Assembly: GCA_951406725.2 (NCBI GenBank)
Contig: OX597817.1
Location: 14,136,001-14,200,000 of the forward strand
Length of the DNA stretch: 64,000 bases
DNA from: Octopus vulgaris
Lineage: Eukaryota
Direction: 5' to 3'
This document shows positions 1 to 14,720 of this stretch, one piece after another (within the stretch, counting starts at the first letter, position 1; the number at the start of each line of letters is the position of its first letter). The notes beneath the pieces were generated by a model. The model had not been told where the DNA came from. It saw nothing but the letters and a program-made list of their open reading frames with translations, and searched no databases. The position numbers and the translations under genes are program-made.

Positions 1-97
1 CAGTTACGCACTGGGGTCGATATAATCGACTTAATACGTTTGTCTTTCTTTGTTTGTCCCCTCTGTGTTTATCCCCTTGTGGGTAGTAAAGAAATAG
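1..97 (+). mobile_element. SINE-B (young B1 tail), 3' part, cut by the window edge
   Basis: Matches the 3' half of the full copies, ending TTGTGGGTAGTAAAGAAATA, and is followed by GGTAT. Confidence 0.85.
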
Positions 98-857
98 GTA
101 TACAACATTAAGTAGACATGTGGTAGCCCGCTAGACCACGCTAATGTTTTTTTGAGTTTCCATTTATTGTAACTCAGAACGTCTATATGTGCACAAATAT
201 TTGACTTATTGAGCAAAATAAATGCGATGACGAACATAATTAGATAGATACTAGGTAAGATTTTAAAAGTAGTTCATGATTATTAAAGTCGGAATAAGTA
301 GAAATAGTTAGAACTACTGCATGTAAGTAATGCATGCATGATCCAGCATAAAATTTCTCGATCGGTACCTTTTGCCGAACTTAACATGTTAAGCAATGCT
401 AGGGGGACAAATTTGTTAAATAACAAAAAGTAGGCAAGAGAACATCTCACTGAGCAAGGCGACATAGCTTCATGTGGACTGCAGGGTGACTCTCGTCATG
501 GCTTGAATTCGCTAGTTTTTGTAATCATTAGCAAAAGTTTTCTAGAACTTTCGATTAAGATATTTAGCGGGGAACTCGCACACTTCATTTGAAGTTTGCC
601 GTATTAACTATAACAAGTCAGCCAATACTGGTTGCTCGAGCCATATTCACGTGGGCGTCAATGTTTTTCATGGCGGTACACTGCTTTTTATAGTAGTATG
701 ACAGCTCGTGCTCCTGAACTGGGGAAATCTGAGAGTAATAGTTCAAAACTCAGCAGGAGTCTCGCTACAAATATTTCAACAATTCATTAATAAATGTCTG
801 CCATGTCCAGCCCTAGTTCATTTCAGCGATTTTATAAATTTGCCGTCATTTAATCTT

Positions 858-1347
<490 letters not shown>

Positions 1348-2257
1348 TTGTTCTCAGATGTATTACATTTTTTTACGGTTCTTAGAGAAGGCTAACGCAT
1401 CCTAACAAAGCATTTTACACGCTTTCTCTAAATCGGCCTCATAGGTGAAGTAATCTTAATACCGTAACATTTAAAACCATTCTCAATCCTGTAATGCCTC
1501 GTTCCAATGAAGCAATTATTACTTCCGCTTCTCTTGTTTAGTATAGTTTCCAATATTACCATTTTAACAACCATTTAATCCCTATCATCGAAATGGGTTT
1601 TCGCTGCCTGAAATTTAATTATTTATCATAATTAGATTTCAGACAGCTAAAAATTTGTTGCTACACTCTTAATAGATTTATTATTTTCGTACCATTATTT
1701 TTTCCCAATAGTATGCGGGAAATTGCTTGCGCGTTAAAAACGAAAACAACAAAACAAATTATAACAATAATAATGATAATCGATTTCTTAAATTGTTTTA
1801 GGCTACTTGGCATCACAGTGTCTCTTATTAAAATGTACGGTTGATTAATGTATGATTCATATTTTAGATGTGAGAGGCTCCCAAGTTTCTAATTGATTGT
1901 ATATATAATTATAAATCGTTCCATTCCAGTTACGCAAAGTCATTTCTTGTGACTTGCACTACACATATTTTAATTGAAATAATATTATAACTAATATACC
2001 ACCGAGATTTAAAGACGCTTACTTCTTTCAGAATAACCATAAACGAGATAGCAACTCAGGAGGGTCTTTCTGTTTTATGTGTACTAATATATATATATAT
2101 AAATATGTTTCTCATATACCTAAATATGTGCGTGTTTGTGTGTATGTGTAATATATAAGAAGCATATAACGATGCATCTATCTATTTATCTATCTATCTG
2201 TCTATCCATCTAACTCTCTTTCCCTCTGTGTGTCTCTTTCTCCTTCTCTCTTTCTCT

Positions 2258-2404
2258 CTCTTTGCCGAACCGCTAAGTGACGGGGACGTAAACACACCAG
2301 CATCGGTTGTCAAGCAATGATGGGGACAAACACAGACACACAAACACACACATACATATACATATATATACATATATACGACAGGCTTCTTTCAGTTTCC
2401 GTCT

Positions 2405-2410
<6 letters not shown>
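2258..2410 (-). mobile_element. SINE-A internal fragment embedded in a (TC)n tract
   Basis: TTTGCCGAACCGCTAAG...GTCTACCAAA matches the SINE-A body. Both ends are truncated and abut (TC)n. Confidence 0.85.
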
Positions 2411-2443
<33 letters not shown>

Positions 2444-2477
2444 GTATATATATATATTATATATATATTATATTATT

Positions 2478-2510
<33 letters not shown>

Positions 2511-2513
<3 letters not shown>

Positions 2514-2716
2514 CGGGAAGGTTTACGAAAATAAACAAAAGACGAAGGCAGGTGGAGTACAAACAAGCAAATGTATTAGTATGGTGCTCAGGAATAGAAA
2601 TAGAACAAGTCTTTTACGTTTCGAGCCTACGCTCTTCGACAGAAAGATACACAGAAAAGAAACAAGGACAGAAAAAAATGCGTGTAGTAGCTAACGGTCC
2701 ATCATGGCGTTGTGAC
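2511..2716 (-). mobile_element. Short Penelope-like (pLTR) remnant with a hammerhead-like motif, between microsatellites
   Basis: About 205 bp lie between (TA)n and (CA)n and contain the motif at 2610-2647. The segment TCCTGAGC...CTAATA plus a T-rich tail is related to 19490-19575 and 23781-24010. Confidence 0.6.
2610..2647 (-). ncRNA. Minimal type I hammerhead-like motif, variant core CUGUCGA
   Basis: The minus strand reads TCTTT-CTGTCGA-A-GAGC-GTAG-GCTC-GAAAC-GTA-AAAGA. Stem I is TCTTT/AAAGA, stem II is GAGC/GCTC and stem III is the palindrome ACGT. Confidence 0.6.
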
Positions 2717-2718
2717 TT

Positions 2719-2811
<93 letters not shown>

Positions 2812-2813
<2 letters not shown>

Positions 2814-3141
2814 GGGTACAAATTATTAAGGTAATTTATAATAGTAGATTGCATGCGTAAGAAAAGTCCGTAGACAAATATTTTTATATGCATAAGTGTA
2901 TAGACATTTATACACAGAGAGAAAACTACCTAGTGGTTTTCCTACATGCTAAAAAGGGCAGTCAAAACCCCAAACCACGAAAAACATTCATATTTAGGGC
3001 ACTGTGATTGTAAGCGAAGAGGTCAAATTGAAAATATCAGTTAATAAGAATGTTTTTCATGTTTTGGGGTTTTGATTGCCCTTTTTAGCATGTAAGAAAA
3101 CCGCTTGGTGGTTTTCCCTCTGTGTATAAATTTTTGTACAC
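2812..3141. mobile_element. Fold-back element: tail plus 94-bp inverted arms
   Basis: Arms at 2896-2989 and 3048-3141 are reverse complements with about 11 mismatches. There is a 58-bp spacer and an 84-bp one-sided tail. Flanks are (TG)n and (TA)n. Confidence 0.75.
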
Positions 3142-3271
3142 GTATATATATATATATATTCCACCTGCCTTCGTCTTTTGTTTATTTCCGTAAACCTGCC
3201 TTCGTCTTTTGTCTATTTTCATAAAGCTTCCCGTTATATATATATATACATACATACATACATACATACAT

Positions 3272-3306
<35 letters not shown>

Positions 3307-3766
3307 GGCAGACAGACAGAACGCAACAGACAGAACACAAGGAGAAAAAGCAAGACGAAAGCAGAGCAAACAGGAAACAAGACGAAACTTAACGGATGGG
3401 GAATATAGACAAAGACACGACACACGGAATATTCGCAGCTGAGTTTTCCTCGTCAGTCAATGACCAAAATACCATTGTGGTTTCGCACCCTTATCATTGA
3501 GATCACTCAATCTTGGAGGTGCCAGTGCTGTTATTAAGCTACTGGAAAAAAGCTAGCGAATATATACTAAGACGGAAACAAACAAGACATTGTAAAAATA
3601 CAAAAGACGAAGAATTATGCATTATAACAACGCGAAGCCTTACGGCTATATGCAACAGAAGAAAACAATAATAATAATAATAATAATAATTATACAAAGC
3701 GCACTTGCTAACCATTTGGCCATATTGCATCTGCACACATATGCACATACATTCATTCACACATGT

Positions 3767-3810
<44 letters not shown>

Positions 3811-3943
3811 CACAAACCATTCACGGAACCGGTCGTCAGACAATTGCGATTACATTAACATAATTGCCTAACGAATAGTCACGTGATACTTTGAGTAACG
3901 GTTTGTGAAGACTTTTTGGCTTTAATAAAATAGTATCTTACTC

Positions 3944-4014
3944 TACCTTTGGTATTCGGCTACTATTTTTTCCGTCTTGCTTTGCACCTATGCGCTTATT
4001 TCAGTGTGTGCAAA

Positions 4015-4085
<71 letters not shown>

Positions 4086-4190
4086 GCGTGTGTATAAATA
4101 CACACATGCACATATATATACCTTTGGTATTCGGGTACTATTTTTTGGCCTTCTTGCTTTGCACCAATGCCCTTATTGGAGTGTGTGCAT
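3944..4190 (+). repeat. Direct duplication of about 68 bp separated by (TG)n
   Basis: TACCTTTGGTATTCGG.TACTATTTTTT...TCTTGCTTTGCACC.ATGC.CTTATT...GTGTGTGCA occurs at about 3944 and 4119. Confidence 0.8.
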
Positions 4191-4233
4191 ATGAGTGTGT
4201 ATGCATGTATGCATATATATGTATGTAGATATA

Positions 4234-4286
<53 letters not shown>

Positions 4287-4416
4287 TATAATTAAGGGCT
4301 AAAGAGGGTTATTCTAAAGCCAAATACACTGTTTTATCCACTTATAATCCGCTTGTTACAGGAAAATTGAAACTGAAAACGGGCAACTAACCTTTAGAAA
4401 ATTTAAATTTCGTTAT

Positions 4417-4480
4417 CTCTATATTGAATCAATTTCGGACTTAATCTTATAAAAAAAGATATATTCCTTCTTCAGTAGAA
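4417..4480 (-). ncRNA. Type I hammerhead ribozyme motif in a (TA)n-embedded Penelope-like remnant (about 4284-4653)
   Basis: The minus strand reads TTCTA-CTGAAGA-A-GGA...TCC-GAAA-TTGA-T-TCAA-TA-TAGAG. The core is canonical CUGANGA/GAAA, stem I is TTCTA/TAGAG, stem III is ATTG/CAAT, and the cleavage triplet is AUA. Confidence 0.7.
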
Positions 4481-4654
4481 CTTTCGATGGAATATAAATA
4501 AAATACTCACGTATGATCATGGAAAAAGCATAAGCTAAAAACATAACTACACTTGAGTACATCACTTATATCTAAAAATAAAAATTCTTTGGTCAGCCTC
4601 AGAAAACAACGTCCAGACCTTTCGCCGCTACAAATTGTAATGGTTACCAGTCCA

Positions 4655-5345
<691 letters not shown>

Positions 5346-5360
5346 ATATATATATATATA

Positions 5361-5439
<79 letters not shown>

Positions 5440-5454
5440 ATACATATATATATA

Positions 5455-5570
<116 letters not shown>

Positions 5571-6011
5571 CATATTCATATATGCACACATAGACACGCA
5601 CATACACATCCCATTATCATTGCATATAATATAGACAAAAGAGACCAAATATTAAAATAACACCAGAAGCAACAAACCAAATCTTCCAACGATGCAAATA
5701 GCTGTTTCATAATATATAAACAGAATACTGCATCCCGAAAATACTGCACACATTTCAGGAGCACCAAAGTGCAGCAGATGGTGCAGTAGATCCTCTCATA
5801 CAAATATTGAAAAACGAAATGACTAACACGATCAATTAAAAGAAAAACAAACCCCGCTTTATACACGGTAATCTGTAAGACAAAGAAATAAAACTTATAG
5901 GTAGTTATACCATGTTTTAGGGGTCGATTTTAATCGACCATACCCTTTTGTAATAACCCAAACCTGTGTTCATTATAATTATAATGATTATTATCATTTT
6001 CTTTAATCATT

Positions 6012-6468
6012 AAGGCGGCAGAATCGTTAGCATGCCGGGGAAAATGCTTATCGGTGTCTTGTCCGTTTAAGGCGGCGAGCTGGCAGAAACGTTAGCACGC
6101 CGGCCGAAATGCCCAGCGGTATTTCGGCTGCCGTTACGTTCTGAGTTCAAATTCCGCCGAGGTCAACTTTGCCTTTCATCCTTTCGGGGTCGATAAATTA
6201 AGTACCAGTTACGCACTGGGGTCGATGTAATCGACTTAATACCTATGTCTGTCCTTGTTTGTCCCCTTGTGGGTAATAAAGAAATAGATATTTCGTTTGC
6301 CGTTACGTTTTGAGTTCAAATTCTGCCGAGGTCAATTTTGCCTTTCGTCCTTTCGGGGTCGATAAATTAAGTACCAGTTACGCACTGGAGTCGAGGAAAT
6401 CGACTTAATCCTTTTGTCTGTCCTTGTTTGTCCCCTTAATTTTAGCCCCTTGTGGGCAATAAAGAAAT
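6012..6468 (+). mobile_element. SINE-B cluster: old head, full B1 copy (6069-6286), second B1 body
   Basis: A tRNA-like head (TGGCAGAAACG; B-box GAGTTCAAATTCC) is followed by the central GCCTTTCATCCTTTCGGGGTCGATAAATTAAGTACCAG. From memory this central part resembles the Meta-type SINE domain. Confidence 0.88.
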
Positions 6469-7047
6469 AAGAAGTTTGCTTTCCAACCACATCTACTCTG
6501 GGTTCAGTCCCTTTGCGTGGTACCTTGGGCAAGTGTCTTCGACTAAAGCCTCGAGTTGGCAACAGTCTTATGAGTGGATTTAGTTGAGGTACCGTCCTAT
6601 GTATGTGTGTGTGGTGGGGGCGTGCTTGTGTGCATGTGTGTATGCGTGAGTGTGTTTGTACATGTGTTTGCCCCCACGCACCACTTGACTTGACAACCGG
6701 TGTTCGTGTGTTTGCTTAGCGGTTCGGCAAAAAAGACTGATAGAACAAGTATTACCTTTTGAAAAAAAAACAAGTACTGCAGTCAGTTCGTTCGACAGAA
6801 ATTCTTTGAGGTGGTGCTCCAGCATGGCCGTAGTCAAATGACTGAAACAAATAAAAGATAAAATATAAAGATACGGTAAATAAGCGCAGGAGTGGCTGTG
6901 TGGTAAGTAGCTGGCTAACCAACCACATGGTTCCGGGTTCAGTCCCACTGCGTGGCACCTTGGGTAAGTGTCTTCTACTATAGCCTCGGGCCAACCAAAG
7001 CCTTGTGAGTGGATTTGGTAGACGGAAACTGAAAGAAGTCTGTCGTA

Positions 7048-7144
<97 letters not shown>

Positions 7145-7390
7145 GTGTGTGTGTGTGTGTGTATATGTTTGTGTGTCTGTGTTTGTCCCCCAAGCATTGC
7201 TTGACAACCGATGCTGGTGTGTTTACGTCCCCGTCACTTAGCGGTTCGGCAAAAAGAGACCGATAGAATAAGTACTGGGCTTACAAAAAAGAATAAGTCC
7301 CGGGGGTCGATTTGCTCGACTAAAAAGGCGGTGCTCCAGTATGGCCGCTGTCAAAATGACTGAAAACGAATAAAAGACAAAATAGAAAGA
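6469..7390 (+). mobile_element. Two SINE-A copies: older (6469-6870) and younger (6884-7390)
   Basis: Both match the SINE-A body. The younger copy is flanked by an imperfect TSD, AAAGATACGG(G)TA.ATA. Confidence 0.88.
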
Positions 7391-7794
7391 TACGGGTAGA
7401 TACACTGCGATGACATCGCTTCTGCACCCCAAGTTATATCAGTTTTATATCGTATAACCACAATGAACTTACTCCCCGAAAATCACTCGATATCCCGACA
7501 CCACCATTTGTGTTTATATTGCTGATTGATTAATCTATCGATGTAGTGGCTTTGCTTTGTTTTCTTTTCTTTTCTTTCTTCTTCTTTTTTTCCCCTTTAA
7601 ATAATGTTGGTATATTTTTTTTTATGTCGCTTAACTTTGTATTAAAAGATTCGTCACGTATTTCTTTTTTCTTTTTTCTTTTTTCTTTTTTCTTTTTTTT
7701 TCTTTTTTATATTTTTCAAAAGTTCGGTTCGTTCATGTGTGAGTCTATTTGATTTAAACAATATATTCCGTGAGTAATAGTTATACGAAATACG

Positions 7795-8650
<856 letters not shown>

Positions 8651-9395
8651 TCCTATTTTCCTGTCCAACGCATGTTTGAACATCGTTTTTGTTTTCCCTC
8701 TCCACTTACTGACCTTGCGTCACGCATAAGGTTCGAGGTTTGTATCGATCATTTATCTACCCGCATATATATGGATTTTCTTCGCTTTTATAGAGCTTAC
8801 ATCTCATATTGTCTCTTGCCTCTGAAGAGGGATAGACGGGTGCTAGTATGATGAAGTATGTGATGCCAACTAACTTCCGTTTGATTTCCTTGCTTCAAAG
8901 GTAAATAATTTAACTCTTACAATGTTGACATAATAGTTTTGGGCCCTTGTATTTATTTCTTCTTCCCTTGTTATAGTTTTACAAGTACTTCAACTTGAAG
9001 AACATCTAATGGACACTCGAGAAATGAGAGAAACGCATGCTTTATATATTTGGGAGAAAAGATATATAGAGGCCAAGTGTGTTAGGTGCTGATGCATGAC
9101 ATCTTATCGTGAATGTCGGGTAACATGGTTCAAGACTCTTCGTGTTCTAATGCAGGTGTTAAACTGTGTTCTTGAAAGTGAAGCGCTCTACTTTAGTTGT
9201 TTTGGTTTCGCTGAGAAATATCTTCTCGTGTGGCTGATAGATTTATGTGAGATAGAGTAGATATCTGTCCCAGAGAAGATTAGTCGCTTATCATTCTGTT
9301 TATTACATTTTAAAGGAATACGGGAAGTTTAAGCATTTTAAGAACAACAAAATGAGATGACGTGATATTCATGCTTTTCCTGTATATATTAAAAA

Positions 9396-9439
9396 TTTTG
9401 TGAGTGGATTTGGGCAATGGAAACTGTATGGAAGTCCAT

Positions 9440-9500
<61 letters not shown>

Positions 9501-9722
9501 GTTTATTTGTGTGTATTTGTATGTATTTGTGTCTCCAACATCACTTGACAACCGGTGTTGGTTTCTTTAGCTCCCGTAAGCTAGCGGTTCGACAAAAATT
9601 GGCGAGGGAATAAGTACCAGCCTTAAAAATAAGTCCTAGTGTCGATTTGTTCGACTAATCCTTCAAGGCGGTACCCCAGCATGGACACAGTCCAAAAATT
9701 GAAACAATTAAAATAAATAAAA
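9396..9722 (+). mobile_element. SINE-A, older and 5'-truncated
   Basis: TTGTGAGTGGATTTGG...GGCGGTACCCCAGCATGG matches the SINE-A 3' half. Confidence 0.8.
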
Positions 9723-9916
9723 GTTGTTACTCTAACAGTGAATAAAAGCCTCGTCTTAAATTTGGTTCACTGGGAGATTATCCCTCCACGTCATCCTCTT
9801 AATCCAGTAGAAACTAAGAGAACTGATCGTGACTATTATACTAATCGGTGTTACCGTATCAGTTTGTATCGAATGTTATAAAGTCAAATGGTCAGAAATG
9901 TTGCCGTTATTATGAT

Positions 9917-9990
9917 ACTAGCCGACGTACCCGGGAATTCCCGGGAAAGCGGGGCTTAAATGTTAAAACCATTTTAACATTAAACCAATC
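9917..9990 (-). mobile_element. Helitron-like 3' terminus
   Basis: The minus strand has a perfect 16-bp palindrome CCCGGGAATTCCCGGG (9930-9945) followed 8 nt later by CTAG|T. This is the hairpin plus CTRR signature. Confidence 0.55.
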
Positions 9991-9994
9991 TCTT

Positions 9995-10208
9995 TCTCTT
10001 TTCTTTCTTTTTCTTGTTTCAGTCATTTGACTGCGGCCATGCTGGAGCACCGCCTTTTAGTCGAGCAACTCGACCCCGGGACTTATTCTTTGTAAGCCCA
10101 GTACTTATTCTATCGGTCTCTTTTGCCGAACCGCTAAGTGACGGGTACGTAAACACACCAGCATCGGTTGTCAAGCAATGCTAGGGGGACAAACACAGAC
10201 ACACAAAT

Positions 10209-10251
<43 letters not shown>

Positions 10252-10414
10252 TACGACAGGCTTCTTTCAGTTTCCGTCTACCAAATCCACTCACAAGGCA
10301 TTGGTCGGCCCGGGGCTATAGCAGAAGACACTTGCCCAAGATGCCACGCAGTGGGACTGAACCCGGAACCATGTGGTTGGTTAGCAAGCTACTTACCACA
10401 CAGCCACTCCTGCG
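9995..10414 (-). mobile_element. SINE-A, full length
   Basis: Near-identical to 858-1347. Confidence 0.9.
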
Positions 10415-11513
10415 TATAACTCCAATGTATAACTTAATAATTTTGAGTAGAGAAAATATCGTTTACAAGGTAAGGCTCATCCTCAGTTTGATGAGGGCGC
10501 GCTAGTCAGCACTTCGAAGTCTCTATCAACCTTAATATGTGTGGGGGGAGGGGAGAGTGAGAGAGAGAGAGAGAAAGAGAGAGAGAGTGTGTGTGTTTGT
10601 GCATGTATATATGTATGGCTTTCTATGTATATCTTACTGTTAACACTGCCCGATTAACGATGTATTTTTTGTATCCTTTCAATTAGTGGATCACCAAGTA
10701 GATATCAGTAAGACAGGCTACTCTTAAGAATAAGTGTTGAGAGGGATATGATCGACTAGATCATCTCAAGGTAGATTTTGTATGGTTTTCATTTACTTAT
10801 TATACTTAAAAGGCATTAGTCAGTCCGAGGCTTTAGTAGAAGAGCCTTACTCAAGATGTGACGGAGTGGAACCCAAATCACATGGAGGTAAAACGAACTT
10901 TTTTAACCATACAGTCATAACTGCGAAATCGCGCATACGCACCAATACACATACAAGAACACATACACGCGTATAGTTCATTCAACTTATATACAAGAGT
11001 ATAGAACATGAAAAAATAGGATTTCTGTTAAGTTCTTACAGGAAAGTAAACAATAAGTCAAGGCAATGTATTTCTTCTGATACATCTAATATATTCAGTC
11101 ACCTCTAAATCTGCCGACAGGCCGTTTCAGTATAATGTGAATCTTCAGTGTAGACATTAAGACTACATTACGTAGAGTCACTTCAGACAAAGAAAAAAAA
11201 AATAATAATGGGGAAAGTAGAAATGTTATCTTTGTGCGGTTTGAGGAAGAGTAAGAATGAAGTAAAATTATAGAGTTGGTAGATTTACAATAAAATAAGA
11301 TTAAATGATGATTATTTTTCTACAGTATTCTAGAGCTGTTAGTCAGATGTTCAAATATTTCGGAAAATTTCCGTTTCGGTATTTTCACTAGTGATTTTAG
11401 CCATTGTGTGCTCATTTTTGTACATGAAACGTACGTAAGGTATTACATGACTCCCATATTCATTTTTAGGTCGCGCGCGCACGCACACAGACCGACGCGT
11501 ACACACACATATA

Positions 11514-11653
11514 TATTTCTTTACTACCCACAAGGGGCTAAACACAGAGAGGACAAACAAGGACAGACAAAGGGATTAAGCCGATTACATCGACCCCAGT
11601 GCGCAACTGGTACTTAATTTATCGACCCCGAAAGGATGAAAGGCAAAGTCGAC
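11514..11653 (-). mobile_element. SINE-B1, 5'-truncated
   Basis: Reverse complement of the B1 3' half; CACACACATATAT lies on both sides as a likely TSD. Confidence 0.85.
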
Positions 11654-11953
11654 ACACACATATATGCATACATGTGTGTATGTGTGTGTGTGTGTATTCT
11701 TGGAATAGGTAAAACAATATTTTGAAGAAACTGATATTACAGCCAAGTTTATTGAATTTGCCTGGAATTCAGACTCTGCTTTTGGTGCGGAATTACAAAA
11801 TGTTACAGTGATTCCGCCGATCGCCAAAGATTCTATTTGTTAGATTAAAATTCTTGGCAGTAAATTTTTTTTAATACGCTTATCCTCGGCTATTCTCTCT
11901 TATATATATGAAATATATATATGATAGATATATATGATATATATATATATGAA

Positions 11954-12347
11954 CTGTGTGGTAAGTAGCTTGTTTACCAACCACATGGTTCCGGGTTCAG
12001 TCCCACTGCGTGGCACCTTGGGCAAGTGTCTTCTACTATAGCCTCGGGCCGACCAAAGCCTTGTGAGTGGATTTGGTAGACGGAAACTGAAAGAAGCCCG
12101 TCGTATGTATGTATATATATATATATTATGTATGTGTATGTGTGTGTCTGTGTTTGTCCCCCTAGCATTGCTTGACAACCGATGCTGGTGTGTTTATGTC
12201 CCCGTTACTTAGCGGTTCGGCAAAAGAGACCGATAGAATAAGTACTGGGCTTACAAAGAATAAGTCCCGGGGTCGAGTTGCTCGACTAAAGGCGGTGCTC
12301 CAGCATGGCCGCAATCAACTGACTGAAACAAGTAAAAGAGTAAAAGT
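11954..12347 (+). mobile_element. SINE-A, near full length
   Basis: Matches the family from CTGTGTGGTAAG to the GAGTAAAA tail. Confidence 0.9.
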
Positions 12348-14010
12348 GTATATGATAAAAGAATGTGTGTTTGTAAGTAAAAAGTATCGACCACTCATTT
12401 AGCATTTTATTTTACAAATAAAATATATATCAAGTAAAATACGAATTCCAAACCTCGTAGATATTCATCACTTAAAACACATTTGATATGCTGTTTCTTT
12501 AATTTTACTCTCTAATTTAGACTCCTTCACGATTAATGCTTTATGAATACATAAAGCAATAACACCTTCACAGTCCTTTTATTTCTTTCATTTCTTTAAT
12601 ATCCTCCCTCCATTTCTCTCTTCTTCTTCTTCTTCTTCACCACTTTCTCCCACTCTCTTTTCCTCCGTCCCTCCTCTTGCTCTCTCTTGCTCTTTCTCTC
12701 AATTTCTAAATTCATCATAAATGTACCGTATCCGATTTATTCTCATGTCGTTGATTATGTGGCAAATGTATCGCTTGACACATGAATTGCTGTGTCAATT
12801 ATTTCACAACACATTTATCTGTTATCTCCTGTATTAAGAATGATATTTGATATCTGTTGTTACCAACAACCCCTTTAAAAGAAGATGCTTCACAAAACAA
12901 AAACAAAAACAAAAACAAAACAAAAATGTAAATCCAAAACCAAAAACAACTAAATATATATTGTCTGTAGAGGTTTATTAACATTTCGCTAACACATTTT
13001 TATGGCATTGCACTACATCAAAATTATGTTACAACCATCTGGTAGTCCTCCACTGCAGCCAAACGATGCTGCAACCATCTGGTAAGCAATTGTATGCTGT
13101 GTAATGTGTTCCCTGCATTATAAGTCCAGTCATGTATAATTTGTTGAAGTGTAAATTTGTTTTCTTCTTTATTTGGTGTAACTTTACGACTGAAGCACTG
13201 TGCTATATGATACCATATGAGATGATGTTTCGTTAATTTTGTGACACGACATAAAACTATAACTAGAAAGGTTTTTGCTTGACCTCACACCTATTCTACA
13301 CAGTTAACGAATAAAGTCAACTACATTTAAATTTTGGAATTAGTAATTGCTACACAAACGTTTTACTATAAAAAAAAATTACAATGAATTAGAATACGTG
13401 GCAACTGTTTGAAAAAGAAAAGGTAAAAGAAACAAACAAAAAAAAGAAAGAAACAGCTAAAAAAAAAGCCATCTGCTTCATTCAGAAATTCTATCCAACT
13501 AACAAACTTTAGAAACTTCGATTAATGTTAGACCTCTACTAGTTGAGTGCTGCTGAGCCAAGACGATAAAAAAACCGTTTGTTTTTACTGTCTTTTTCTC
13601 ACTGCCCTGTTCTTGTCACCACTTTCACCGTCCGCAAAAAAATCCCAAATTTTATTTCATTTGCTTTGCGGGAAGGACAGTTTCAACGAGGTCGCGTATT
13701 GTCCTTACCTTCGGACTGCGGGGTAGATGAAACAGGGACAACTGAAGAAGGGGAATATTCTTTATGTAGCATGATTCGTTTCTCTGTTTGGCTTTTTCGT
13801 TGTTCGAAAAAAAAGTTCGTTTTCTATGTTTTCGTTTCTCATTGTGTTTAACGTTTTTTTTTGATGTCCTGTACCCATATATGCATGTATATATACATAT
13901 ATATGTAGGTATGTACATATATATATATATGTATACGTGCATATATTTATGTATTATTTATATTATTATATGATCGACCGCCACGCATCCTTTTCCAAGT
14001 AAGTTTTATC

Positions 14011-14095
<85 letters not shown>

Positions 14096-14291
14096 ACAGG
14101 CATGTATATACGGATACATATATGTATACGTATATATTTCCTGGAGCTAAACAGTAGTAACATCATCCTAAGCAAATAGACTTTACTATATATATATATA
14201 TATATATATATAACACACACACGTATGTGCATGAGTCATGGTATGGTTTTCACAGTATATGATGAAGTAGTGTTGAGAGAATCACAAAATG

Positions 14292-14468
14292 TTATTATTA
14301 TTATTATTATTATTATTATCATTATTATTATTATCATTATTATCATTATTATTATCATTATTATTATTATTATTATTATCATCATTATTATTATCATCAT
14401 TATTATTATCATTATCATCATTATTATTATTATTATTATTATCATCATTATTATTATCATTATTATTA

Positions 14469-14558
<90 letters not shown>

Positions 14559-14720
14559 TTATTATTATTATCATCATTATTATCATCATTATTATTATCA
14601 TTATTATCATCATTATTATTATCGTTATTATCATCATTATTATCATCATTATTATTATCATCATCATCATCATCATCATCATTATTATCATTATTATCAT
14701 TATCATTATTATTATTATTC
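14292..14720. repeat. (ATT)n/(ATC)n microsatellite
   Basis: Directly visible. Confidence 0.95.

Noticed and set aside
570-740. Possible Helitron helicase relic (FA..TINKS, CFSHG-like)
   Set aside because: It needs several frameshifts to read and cannot be told from chance by eye.
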